From an uncultured Hyphomicrobiales bacterium (GTDB lineage: Bacteria > Pseudomonadota > Alphaproteobacteria > Rhizobiales > CAZGNQ01): a DNA stretch of 10,836 nucleotides. Location of the stretch: contig CAZGNQ010000105.1 of the NCBI GenBank assembly GCA_964527285.1, positions 1 to 10,836 of the forward strand. The letters run 5' to 3'. The translations under genes and the position numbers were made by a program. Positions 1-7,426 of this stretch are shown one piece after another. Position 1 is the first letter of the stretch, and each line of letters starts with the position of its first letter. Below the pieces are notes generated by a model. That model saw only the letters and a program-made list of their open reading frames with translations. It did no database searches and was not told the origin of the DNA.

Positions 1-93
1 CGGGGCGACCTCGTGAAGGGCGTCAAGGAGATCCTTGAGCGTTACGCCGGCGAGCAACTCGCGACAGGGGTCGGTGCCGCACCGCGACACTGA
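1..93 (+). CDS. 3' end of an upstream gene (last ~30 codons, ...RGDLVKGVKEILERYAGEQLATGVGAAPRH, stop TGA 91-93); product not identifiable from this fragment
   Basis: Open frame 1 from the window edge to TGA at 91-93, with GC-rich codon usage matching the neighbouring genes. There is no recognisable motif in the fragment. hisS is a common upstream neighbour of hisZ, but the fragment does not resemble a HisRS C-terminus that I can recognise. Confidence 0.35.
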   Translation, partial: RGDLVKGVKEILERYAGEQLATGVGAAPRH

Positions 94-207
94 GCCAAAG
101 CACTCGTGTGGTGATACAGAAGTTCGCTGACACACGCCGCATATTCTCGGGCGAACGTCTGAATCTCAAAAACCACACGACGATCATAAGCTTCGAGTGT
201 CCGCAAA

Positions 208-259
208 GAACCAGAAGCTCGTTCAACGTCGGCTGAGAACTGTGACGAGCTTCTGGTTC
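208..259. repeat. Perfect 15-bp inverted repeat GAACCAGAAGCTCGT (208-222) / ACGAGCTTCTGGTTC (245-259) around a 22-nt spacer, forming a strong RNA hairpin 41 nt upstream of the hisZ start
   Basis: Read directly from the sequence. No U-tract follows on the + strand (AGGACAAGAGG). The surrounding intergenic region (94-299) has lower GC than the flanking genes. Confidence 0.7.
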
Positions 260-299
260 AGGACAAGAGGCGGGCCGCACGCACGCAGGGGCACGGGAT

Positions 300-1583
300 A
301 TGGTGGCTGAAACAACGCGCCGATTTGACCGGCTCGAGGCCCAAGCGGCCCAGATTGTCGACGGTTTCAGGCGGGCCGGCTTTGAATTCGTCGCGCCGGC
401 GATCATTCAGCCCGCGGACGCCTTCCTCGACACGATCGGTGAATCCCTGCGCAACAGGACCTACGTTTTCACAGACCCTGCTGGGCACGAACTGTGCCTG
501 CGGCCGGACGTGACCGTGCCCGCAGCACGGCTCTATCGCGAGCGTCATCCCAAGACCGACCCGCGCCGGAAGTACTGCTACAATGGGCCAGTGTTCCGCT
601 ATCAGGAATGGGCGCGCCTCAGTGCACCATCGGCGATGGATGCCGGCGGCCCTGCGGCGGTCGGGCCGGATGTGGGCTCCGGCTCACCAGGCGATGCGAC
701 GGCAGACACATCGCTTGAGGTGCAGCCGCGCGAGTTCCGCCAGGCGGGCATTGAGGCTTTTGGCGACACCGATCGCGAGCGTGCCGATGCTGAAGTGTTT
801 GCGCTGACGATCTCGGCGTTGCGCGATGCCGGGCTGAAGGCGTTCACCCTGACGCTTGGCGATCTTGGCTTGTTGTTCGCGGTGATCGATGCGCTCGATA
901 TCCCCGAGCGCTGGCGCTTGCGCCTGCGGGCGGCCTGCAGCAATCCGGAGCGCTTCCAGGGTGAACTGGATGCCTTGCGCAATCCGGCGCGGTCACTGGC
1001 AAAGAGCGCACAACCTGAAGGGCTGGGGGCATTAATCTCCGCCCTGTCTCCAAGTCGGCCGCAGGAGGCCGCCGCACGTGTGGAGGACTTCATCCGCGAG
1101 GCCGGAATGACGTTCTTCGGGAACCGCACGCTGGCGGAGGTGACCGAGAGCCTGCTTGAGGCAGCGGCCGACCTGCACGAGAAGCCACTGGCGCCGGAGG
1201 CTGCGCAACTGATCCAGTCATATATGAGCATCCGCGCGTCACCGCGCGCTGCCGGTGCACGCATTGCCGACCTCGCTTCCACCTCCGGTGTCGACATCGC
1301 CGCCGCGCTGGATGCCTACAACCGGCGCATCGATCTGCTGGCACAGGCGGGCATCTCGTGGGATTCGTGTGTGTTCGCGGCGCCCTATGGACGTGACCTC
1401 GCCTATTACACCGGCTTTGTCTTCCAAGTGGAGGTGCCGGAATATGGACGGGGCGGGCACCTCGCCGGCGGCGGGCGCTATGACCAGTTGCTGAACGCGG
1501 CTGGCGGCCACGGGCATGTGCCGGCCGTCGGTGCCGCGATCCACACGGAGCGTTTGCTGCGTGCTGTCGAGGAGGGCGCCTGA
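300..1583 (+). CDS. hisZ: ATP phosphoribosyltransferase regulatory subunit HisZ (HisRS paralog lacking the anticodon-binding domain), 427 aa, with a ~37-aa low-complexity insertion
   Basis: HisRS-like class II core motifs (FRYQEW...REFRQAGIEAFG, GGGRYDQL). It is immediately followed by, and overlaps, a short-form hisG via a TGATG junction at 1581-1585, the classic hisZ-hisG arrangement. The start is ATG 300 with a weak SD (GGGA). Confidence 0.85.
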   Translation: MVAETTRRFDRLEAQAAQIVDGFRRAGFEFVAPAIIQPADAFLDTIGESLRNRTYVFTDPAGHELCLRPDVTVPAARLYRERHPKTDPRRKYCYNGPVFRYQEWARLSAPSAMDAGGPAAVGPDVGSGSPGDATADTSLEVQPREFRQAGIEAFGDTDRERADAEVFALTISALRDAGLKAFTLTLGDLGLLFAVIDALDIPERWRLRLRAACSNPERFQGELDALRNPARSLAKSAQPEGLGALISALSPSRPQEAAARVEDFIREAGMTFFGNRTLAEVTESLLEAAADLHEKPLAPEAAQLIQSYMSIRASPRAAGARIADLASTSGVDIAAALDAYNRRIDLLAQAGISWDSCVFAAPYGRDLAYYTGFVFQVEVPEYGRGGHLAGGGRYDQLLNAAGGHGHVPAVGAAIHTERLLRAVEEGA

Positions 1584-2302
1584 TGGCCGAGCAGTTGACG
1601 ATTGCGGTCCCCTCAAAGGGCCGGCTCATGGACGACACACTGGCCGTGTTCCGCAAAGTGGGTCTGGAAATCACTCGGACCGGGTCGGACCGCGGCTATT
1701 TTGGAACCATCGAGGCGCTGCCCGGCGTCGAAGTTCAGTTTTCCTCAGCATCTGAAATTGCCCGGCATCTGCACCAGGGTCGAGTCCACTATGGCGTGAC
1801 CGGAGCCGATCTGATCGGAGAGAATGTGCCCGATGCGCCGCGCACGGTGGCCTTTGTTACGCCGCTTGGCTTTGGCCATGCCGATGTGATCGTGGCGGTG
1901 CCGGACTGGTGGATCGACGTGCGCCGGTTGGAGCAGCTTGAACGGGCCGCTCTGGCGTTTTTGCGCATCCACGGCCGGCGCGTGCGCGTGGCGACGAAGT
2001 ATCTGAACACCGCGCGGCGCTTCTTCGCCCGCAAGGGCGTTGCGACCTACCGACTGGTTGAAAGCCTTGGCGCCACGGAGGCAACGCCGGCAGCGGGCTC
2101 TGCGGAGATCATCGTGGACATCACGTCCACCGGCTCCACGCTGCGTGCCAACGGCCTGCGGGTACTGGACGATGGGGTCATATTGCGCAGCGAGGCCAAT
2201 CTGATCGAATCGCAGACCGCCGACTGGTCACCCAATGTGAACGCGGCCCGCGCGCTCCTGAAGGAGCGGTTCGCGACGCTGGCGGAGGTGGCTGCGGGCT
2301 GA
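1583..2302 (+). CDS. hisG: ATP phosphoribosyltransferase, short form (HisG-S), 239 aa
   Basis: N-terminus LTIAVPSKGRL and motif DITSTGSTLRANGL are typical of HisG. Its length is short-form, which requires HisZ, and the start ATG overlaps the hisZ stop (TGATG). Confidence 0.9.
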   Translation: MAEQLTIAVPSKGRLMDDTLAVFRKVGLEITRTGSDRGYFGTIEALPGVEVQFSSASEIARHLHQGRVHYGVTGADLIGENVPDAPRTVAFVTPLGFGHADVIVAVPDWWIDVRRLEQLERAALAFLRIHGRRVRVATKYLNTARRFFARKGVATYRLVESLGATEATPAAGSAEIIVDITSTGSTLRANGLRVLDDGVILRSEANLIESQTADWSPNVNAARALLKERFATLAEVAAG

Positions 2303-2425
2303 TGCGATGCGGGCCGTGCCGCAGGGGGCGTGGCCATGGCATCCGGTCCGGAGAAAACCTTTGCAGGTGTGGTCAATTTCGAGCCACGGCTTTACCCATC
2401 GTTTACCGACGTCCCGTTAGCACTC

Positions 2426-2443
2426 TCGTCACTTTTATGACGA
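2426..2443. promoter_or_regulatory. 18-bp palindrome TCGTCA-CTTTTA-TGACGA in a lower-GC intergenic region 25-42 nt upstream of the ParB-like gene start; candidate operator/promoter element
   Basis: Seen directly in the sequence. It lies in the 165-bp hisG-to-downstream spacer, and a GGGAG SD sits at 2454-2458, 9 nt before TTG 2468. Confidence 0.3.
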
Positions 2444-2467
2444 AAAAGCCAACGGGAGTTCAGTATC

Positions 2468-3223
2468 TTGACCGAGGCTTGCAACACTCTTGCCCGCCTG
2501 CCCTTCACCGCATGGGCACCGGCCATGCCGGCTCAGCGACCATATCCGCGTGCCGACCTTCCAGCACTGCGGACCCTGCCGCAACGGTTGCCTGCGCGCA
2601 CCGCCACTGCGCCGGGTCAGATCACGCGTGTGAACGTGGAGACCCTCAAGCCGACACAGATGACGGTCGGCATGCGGTCTGTCGTGCGCAAGCGGATGAA
2701 ATTCGAAAGTCGGGCCTCGTCGCGCAAACGGATGGAGAAGACGCTGGCCGCTCGGCCAATTCCGGCCGTGCAGGGCCCCGCCAATGAGCTGTTCCTCATC
2801 GACAATCACCACTTCGGCCTCGCGCTTTGGCAGGCGCAGGTGAAAGAGGCCTACGTGCGGATCGTCGACGACAAATCGCACCTCGCGCCGCATGAATTCT
2901 GGCGAGCGATGGAAGCGGAGGGCTGTCTGCATCCCTTTGACGAGCACGGCGCGCGCATTCCGCCAGAGCTTCTCCCGTTTTGCCTGCAGGCCATGCGTCA
3001 CGACCCCTACCGGGATCTGGCCTGGGAAGTGCGTGAGGCGGGGGGGTATCGTAAGATGCCGATCCCCTATGCCGAGTTCCGCTGGGCTGGCTATTTCCGG
3101 CGTCATCTGCCCCTGGCACGCGTGCTGAAAGATCACCAAGGGGCCGTTCAGTCAGCCCTGGCATTGTGTCACCGCCCTGAAGCCCGCCACCTGCCCGGCT
3201 ACGTGAACGCGCCGGCTGCATGA
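2468..3223 (+). CDS. ParB-like nuclease domain protein (ParBc_2 / PF08857-like, 'putative ParB-like nuclease'), ~251 aa from TTG 2468; function unknown
   Basis: It carries the L(K/R)PTQ-MTVGM motif, followed by ...IDNHHFGLAL..., AEF(R)WA...FRR and a C-terminal HLPGY, which I recall as characteristic of the ParBc_2 family. The start is TTG with GGGAG 9 nt upstream, and ATG 2525 (in frame) is an alternative. The antisense ORF 2435-3139 lacks any signature and was rejected. Confidence 0.55.
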   Translation: MTEACNTLARLPFTAWAPAMPAQRPYPRADLPALRTLPQRLPARTATAPGQITRVNVETLKPTQMTVGMRSVVRKRMKFESRASSRKRMEKTLAARPIPAVQGPANELFLIDNHHFGLALWQAQVKEAYVRIVDDKSHLAPHEFWRAMEAEGCLHPFDEHGARIPPELLPFCLQAMRHDPYRDLAWEVREAGGYRKMPIPYAEFRWAGYFRRHLPLARVLKDHQGAVQSALALCHRPEARHLPGYVNAPAA

Positions 3224-3352
3224 TGGTGATCCGTAGCAGGGGGCATCGCCCGGGGTGGAACATGGGCTGAGAATGAGAGCACTGGAGGTTGTTCGGCGGA
3301 CCCGTTGAAGCCGGACGATCTCGGAGTGCCACACATCCACCGATCCCAAGCC

Positions 3353-3391
3353 ACGGCCGGCGCTCGCGAGAGTGCCGGCCGTTTTCGTTTC
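3353..3391 (+). terminator. Rho-independent terminator with a 9-bp GC stem ACGGCCGGC/GCCGGCCGT, a 12-nt loop and the T-tract TTTCGTTTC
   Basis: The hairpin followed by a T-rich run is seen directly, about 130 nt downstream of the ParB-like stop and about 65 nt upstream of the next promoter region. Confidence 0.5.
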
Positions 3392-3427
3392 AGCCATCTC
3401 GAAGGGGCTTTGAGAAGACCCTTGCAC

Positions 3428-3445
3428 ATATGGAGTTGACCATAT
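3428..3445. promoter_or_regulatory. Palindrome ATATGG-AGTTGA-CCATAT overlapping the promoter region 13-30 nt upstream of the sahR-like start; candidate autoregulatory operator (ArsR/SahR-type dimers bind inverted repeats). Further ATAT half-sites lie at 3442-3453.
   Basis: The inverted repeat is seen directly, in an AT-rich patch, with an AAGGA SD 8 nt before ATG 3458. Confidence 0.3.
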
Positions 3446-3457
3446 AAGGATATTGTT

Positions 3458-4549
3458 ATGTCAGTATCCACACTCACAGATCGGCCGTCGTCACCTGGTC
3501 AGGGAACACCTGAGCAGCCCTCATCGCGCGCCATCACGCCGACGCTGGACACGCCGCCAGCGGGCTTCCTGTCGACGAGCCGCGTGCTTGAGGCGTTTCG
3601 CGCCGCGGGCGAAGACACCCGATTTCGGATCCTGATGCTGCTGCGTGAAGGCGAGCTGACCATCACGGACCTGTGCCGCATCCTTGGCCAGAGCCAGCCG
3701 CGGGTCAGCCGCCACATCAAGGTGCTGATCGATGCCGGGCTTGTGGAGCGCCAGCGCGAAGGCAACTGGGTTTTCCTGCACCTCGCCGCCAGCCCCGGTG
3801 TGATCGATGCTGTGCGGCCGGGCATGGACGCGGTCTCGCCCGTTGAGCCGCATCGCACGGCCGACCTGGAAGCCTTGGCGGACCTGCGCAATGAGCGTCA
3901 GGAGCGTGCCCAGGCGGTCTTCCGGTCACTTGCGGCGGACTGGAGCCGCGAGCGTGCACTCCATGTCGATGAGAGCCGGATCGAGGCGACGATCTGCCAA
4001 CTCGTGGGCCGTGCACCGATCCGCAGGCTGGTTGATCTGGGCACCGGCACCGCGCGCATTCTTGAACTGCTGGGGGATCGCGCCGCTTCCGGTCTCGGCA
4101 TCGATGCCAATGCCGACATGCTGAATTATGCGCGCTCTCGGTTGGCGCTCACCGGTGCGCGCCACCTTCGGGTGGCACGGGGGGATCTTTATCATCTGAG
4201 CGCGCACCGGGAGACAGCCGATCTGGTTGTCATGCACCAGGTGCTGCATTTTCTCTCCCATCCCGGGCCGGCCATTCGCAGTGCTGCGACTCTGCTTCGC
4301 CCCGGCGGGCGGCTGCTGATCGCGGATTTTGCTCCCCATACCCATGAGGTTTTGCGGGAGACGAACGGGCATGTGCGGCTGGGGTTTTCCGATGAGCAGA
4401 TGCTGCGCTGGTTCGCGGAGTTCGGGCTTGAACCGCTGGAGCGCAGGACGCTGGCGCCGGACGGTGCAGAGCCCGACAAGATACTGACGGTTGCCGTTTG
4501 GCTCGCAAAGCGTCCCGACGCGCCCGTTTCGACGCCTGAACCACATTGA
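3458..4549 (+). CDS. sahR: ArsR-family winged-HTH regulator fused to a SAM-dependent methyltransferase-fold domain (SahR-type SAH-responsive regulator of the methionine/SAM cycle), 363 aa, with a ~40-aa Pro/Ser/Thr-rich N-terminal extension
   Basis: It has an ArsR-type HTH (RFRILMLLREGELTITDLCRILGQSQPRVSRHIKVLIDAGLV) and methyltransferase motif I (VDLGTGTARILELL) in the C-terminal half. It lies directly upstream of metF, the arrangement conserved for SahR in alphaproteobacteria. A strong RBS (AAGGA-N8-ATG) is present. Confidence 0.75.
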   Translation: MSVSTLTDRPSSPGQGTPEQPSSRAITPTLDTPPAGFLSTSRVLEAFRAAGEDTRFRILMLLREGELTITDLCRILGQSQPRVSRHIKVLIDAGLVERQREGNWVFLHLAASPGVIDAVRPGMDAVSPVEPHRTADLEALADLRNERQERAQAVFRSLAADWSRERALHVDESRIEATICQLVGRAPIRRLVDLGTGTARILELLGDRAASGLGIDANADMLNYARSRLALTGARHLRVARGDLYHLSAHRETADLVVMHQVLHFLSHPGPAIRSAATLLRPGGRLLIADFAPHTHEVLRETNGHVRLGFSDEQMLRWFAEFGLEPLERRTLAPDGAEPDKILTVAVWLAKRPDAPVSTPEPH

Positions 4550-4601
4550 ATGAATTTCCAACCGCCCGACGGCAAGGCCGCGGGCACCGAGGAGATGGAC
4601 G

Positions 4602-5606
4602 ATGAGCACGACCTATGATCGGCACGCCGGTGGCGAAGGGAGCGAAAACAAGGTGGCACGCACGAAGGCCGGCCGCCCTGCATTCTCGCTTGAGGTTTTC
4701 CCGCCGCGCTCGGTCGATGCTGAGCGGCAACTGAGCGAGACGCTCGCCAGCCTCATGCCGCTCGGGCCGCTCTTTGTCTCAGTCACATACGGTGCCGGCG
4801 GCGCCGATCGTGAACGCTCAACCGCCACGATCGCGCGGATCAAGCGCATGGCCGGCGTCGTACCGGCCGCGCATCTCACGTGCGCAGGCCAGTCGCGCCA
4901 GCAGGTGCTGCGGGCGCTGCAGGTGTTCGCGAGCCAGGGTGTCCGACACATTGTTGCGCTGCGCGGTGATGCGCCGGCCAATGGCGATGCTGTGAGTGGT
5001 GGCGATGAATCCGCCGACGTCAGCGCGGTGCAGGATTTCAACTCCGCGCTGGATCTGGTGCGCGTTGTCAAGGCTGCCGGCACATTCGAGATCTCCGTCG
5101 CGGCCTATCCCGAGCCCCACCCCAAGAGCGAAAGTGCGGAGGCGTGCCTTGATGCTCTCGTGGCAAAGTTCGATGCCGGTGCTGACCGGGCGATCACGCA
5201 ATTCTTTTTCAACAGCGCCGATTTTCTCCGTCTGCGCGACGCGCTTGCCGCGCGCGGCATCGACAAGCCGCTTGTGCCGGGGATCCTGCCGATACATGAC
5301 ATCGGTCAGGTGCGCCGTTTTGCGCGCCGTTGCGGTGCCCGCGTGCCGTCATGGCTGAGCGAGAGTTTCGACCGCCTGAAGGACGATGCCGATATGGCCC
5401 GGCTCTTTGCGCTGTCGTTCACGGTCGATCAGGTCGACGAGCTTGCCCGCGAAGGCGTCGACCACGTCCATCTCTACACGCTCAACCGGCACGAGCTGGT
5501 CCGCCCGATCCTGGAGCTGTCGGCCCGTGGTCTGGAAGGCCGTGACCTGCGCAATGACAAGGTCGCAGGCGATGTGCTGGCCTTGCGTGAGCGCGCGGCC
5601 GGCTGA
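4602..5606 (+). CDS. metF: 5,10-methylenetetrahydrofolate reductase MetF, 334 aa
   Basis: It shows MetF family features (FSLEVFPPRS near the N-terminus, a TIM-barrel FAD-binding pattern, AAYPEPHP). A GAGGAG SD lies 7 nt before ATG 4602. It is likely co-transcribed with the upstream regulator across a 52-nt gap. Confidence 0.9.
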   Translation: MSTTYDRHAGGEGSENKVARTKAGRPAFSLEVFPPRSVDAERQLSETLASLMPLGPLFVSVTYGAGGADRERSTATIARIKRMAGVVPAAHLTCAGQSRQQVLRALQVFASQGVRHIVALRGDAPANGDAVSGGDESADVSAVQDFNSALDLVRVVKAAGTFEISVAAYPEPHPKSESAEACLDALVAKFDAGADRAITQFFFNSADFLRLRDALAARGIDKPLVPGILPIHDIGQVRRFARRCGARVPSWLSESFDRLKDDADMARLFALSFTVDQVDELAREGVDHVHLYTLNRHELVRPILELSARGLEGRDLRNDKVAGDVLALRERAAG

Positions 5607-5706
5607 TCTGCTGGCTGCCGGTCGGTTGATGGTTGACCCGTCCACGGCCCGCCAAGCGGTGCTGGGACGGGTTACTGGGCCGCGGCCATCATGTCGGTGC
5701 GAACTT

Positions 5707-5740
5707 CACAAAAAACACAAAAGGCGCTGCACGCGTGTTC
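5707..5740 (-). terminator. Weak candidate terminator for the minus-strand SPFH gene: a short GC hairpin (GCGTGCAGCGC, containing the CACGCGTG palindrome) followed on the minus strand by TTTTGTGTTTTTTGTG
   Basis: On the minus strand, a T-rich run follows a short GC-rich hairpin in the convergent metF/SPFH gap. The stem is only about 4 bp, so this is tentative. Confidence 0.25.
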
Positions 5741-5776
5741 CGGTTCTGACATTTGCCTGCCCTCGGCATCACGCCG

Positions 5777-6973
5777 TCAACGCCGTGGCCCATTGCTACC
5801 GCCTGCGCCAGAGTTTCCGCCCCCATCATCGTCCCCCAGGCGATAAAGCCCACGCATCAGTGCCTGCAACGCCCCGCTCGTGCCATCGCCAGCGTGGAGA
5901 TCAATGTTGCCAACCTTCTCCACCAGCTTCTCAAGCGCTTCAAGTTCCTTGAGCCGAAGCAGCAGCGGATTATCCTCCATCAGCTTGGACGTGTTGAGCA
6001 GCGACCGCGTCGCCGCCGTCTCCTCCTGGCGCCGGATGAGATTGGCTTTGGCCGTGCGCTCAGCCTCGACAACCTTGTTCAGCAACTCCCGCACGTCGCC
6101 CGGCAGGATGATGTCCTTCACGCCGATCTCACCGATTGACGCACCAAGGTCTTCGGCACGAGCGCTCACATAATCGCGCACCTGCTGATCGAGCGTATCG
6201 CGTGCGGCCAAGATCTCATCCAGCGTACGGGCGGCCACCGCCTCCCTGATCGCAAACTGAATGAGCCGGTAGAGCGTCGTCGGCACGTCCTGGCTGGCGA
6301 TTGCGGCTTGCCTCACATCCTCGATCTTGAAGAACGCCGTCAGCGTCACGCGGATGCCCACGCGGTCCTTCGTGAGGATCTCCTGCGCTGTCACCTCCAG
6401 CGGGATCGGGCGCATATCCATTTTCTGGATGCGCACCGTGCGTCCCACCGCCCAGTAGGCATGATGACCAGCGGGCAGGATTTCAGCCAATGCGCCATCA
6501 ACGAACAGAAGGCCCGCCTCGTGGGCCTCAACGACACTGTGCACCACCGTATGCGACGATGAGAGATCAAGCCGGGCGAGGTGTTCCGGCGCCACCACCA
6601 TGGTTTCGCGGGTGTTGATCCGTTCGACGCTCACATCGGCCAGCGTTGTCCAGAACGCGCGAATGGCGTTGGGGGGAACGAAATGACGAGCCTGGCCGTC
6701 GATCGACACCAGCGCCACGGTTTCAGAGTCGGTCTGAACGATTTCCAGATGGTCGCGTGCAACATCGGGTTGCGTGCGCGCCAACAGCAGCGCCGTGTCG
6801 GCCGGCAGCGTCGAGCGCATCACGTTGAACACTTCGCAGGTGTACTCCCGGCGTGGATCGAAACGCACAAACCGGCCTGGAGCAAGAAACTGGGCAAAGC
6901 GCCCATCGCGGCGCAGTACGCCACGTTCGTCATCCCTGATGGTGACGCGAAAGAATCCAAGACGGTGCATCAT
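5777..6973 (-). CDS. SPFH/band-7 (stomatin/prohibitin/flotillin-like, slipin-type) domain protein, ~398 aa, with an N-terminal partial duplication of the SPFH beta-segment, a Gly-rich C-terminal tail and no obvious TM helix
   Basis: The SPFH core is AGLLFVDG...YWAVGRTVRIQKMDMRPIPLEVTAQEILTKDRVGIRVTLTAFFKIEDV, followed by a coiled-coil-like region (LIRRQEETAATRSLLNTSKLMEDNPLLLRLKELEALEKL). The preferred start is the ATGATG at 6973/6970, preceded by GGGAGGGG. The ORF-track GTG at 7009 has no SD. Confidence 0.75.
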   Translation of the reverse strand: MMHRLGFFRVTIRDDERGVLRRDGRFAQFLAPGRFVRFDPRREYTCEVFNVMRSTLPADTALLLARTQPDVARDHLEIVQTDSETVALVSIDGQARHFVPPNAIRAFWTTLADVSVERINTRETMVVAPEHLARLDLSSSHTVVHSVVEAHEAGLLFVDGALAEILPAGHHAYWAVGRTVRIQKMDMRPIPLEVTAQEILTKDRVGIRVTLTAFFKIEDVRQAAIASQDVPTTLYRLIQFAIREAVAARTLDEILAARDTLDQQVRDYVSARAEDLGASIGEIGVKDIILPGDVRELLNKVVEAERTAKANLIRRQEETAATRSLLNTSKLMEDNPLLLRLKELEALEKLVEKVGNIDLHAGDGTSGALQALMRGLYRLGDDDGGGNSGAGGSNGPRR

Positions 6974-7426
6974 CCCCTCCCGATCGGCCGTCGGCCGTCG
7001 TTGCGGCACGCGAACAAACTAAGCCACAAGCCTTGCCGCTTGATTGCCGGGCGCCCTGCGAGCGGTGCATCAGTGGAACATTGAGACGCGACGGCGGTGG
7101 CGCGCTGGGCTCGTTGGTGGTTGCCGGGGCGTGGCCGATGGTTTGCCGGATCGCTTCCCCCGCCGTCGAACGGGACGGCGCTTGAGCCCGGGGCGCGGCG
7201 GACCTGCACCGGGGTGCGCCTGCCCCAGGGGACCGCCCGAAAGCGCCCGCCCGAGGGCATCGGTGCCCGGGTTCACTCTGCCCGCCACAGGCGGTATCCG
7301 CACCGGCGCAGGGCCCGGCAGCGGGTGGCGCAACCGGCAAGGCCGAAGCCAAACCCGTCACCCCTGGAAACGATCCGGCGCCCCTTCGTCCGGAAAGCGC
7401 TTTTCAGGCGCGGCACGATCTCAAAT

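Noticed and set aside
602-1297. 231-aa minus-strand ORF antisense to hisZ (together with 844-1077, 1090-1674 and 1239-1616 on the minus strand)
   Set aside because: These are Arg/Ala/Ser/Pro-rich translations typical of antisense frames in high-GC DNA. The + strand carries clear HisZ motifs.
2435-3139. 234-aa minus-strand ORF overlapping the ParB-like gene
   Set aside because: It has no recognisable motif. The + strand frame carries the ParBc_2-type signature and has an SD before its start.
4550-4601. Possible SAM riboswitch upstream of metF (I also looked at 3224-3457, upstream of the regulator)
   Set aside because: The gap before metF is only 52 nt with no conserved riboswitch-like helices. 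The upstream region instead has a terminator plus a palindromic operator-like site, consistent with protein (SahR-type) control.
3926-4609. 227-aa minus-strand ORF antisense to the sahR-like gene (and 4192-4730 on the minus strand)
   Set aside because: This is an antisense artefact. The + frame has HTH and methyltransferase motifs.
6974-7009. GTG 7009 as the SPFH gene start
   Set aside because: There is no SD. The downstream ATGATG is preceded by GGGAGGGG.
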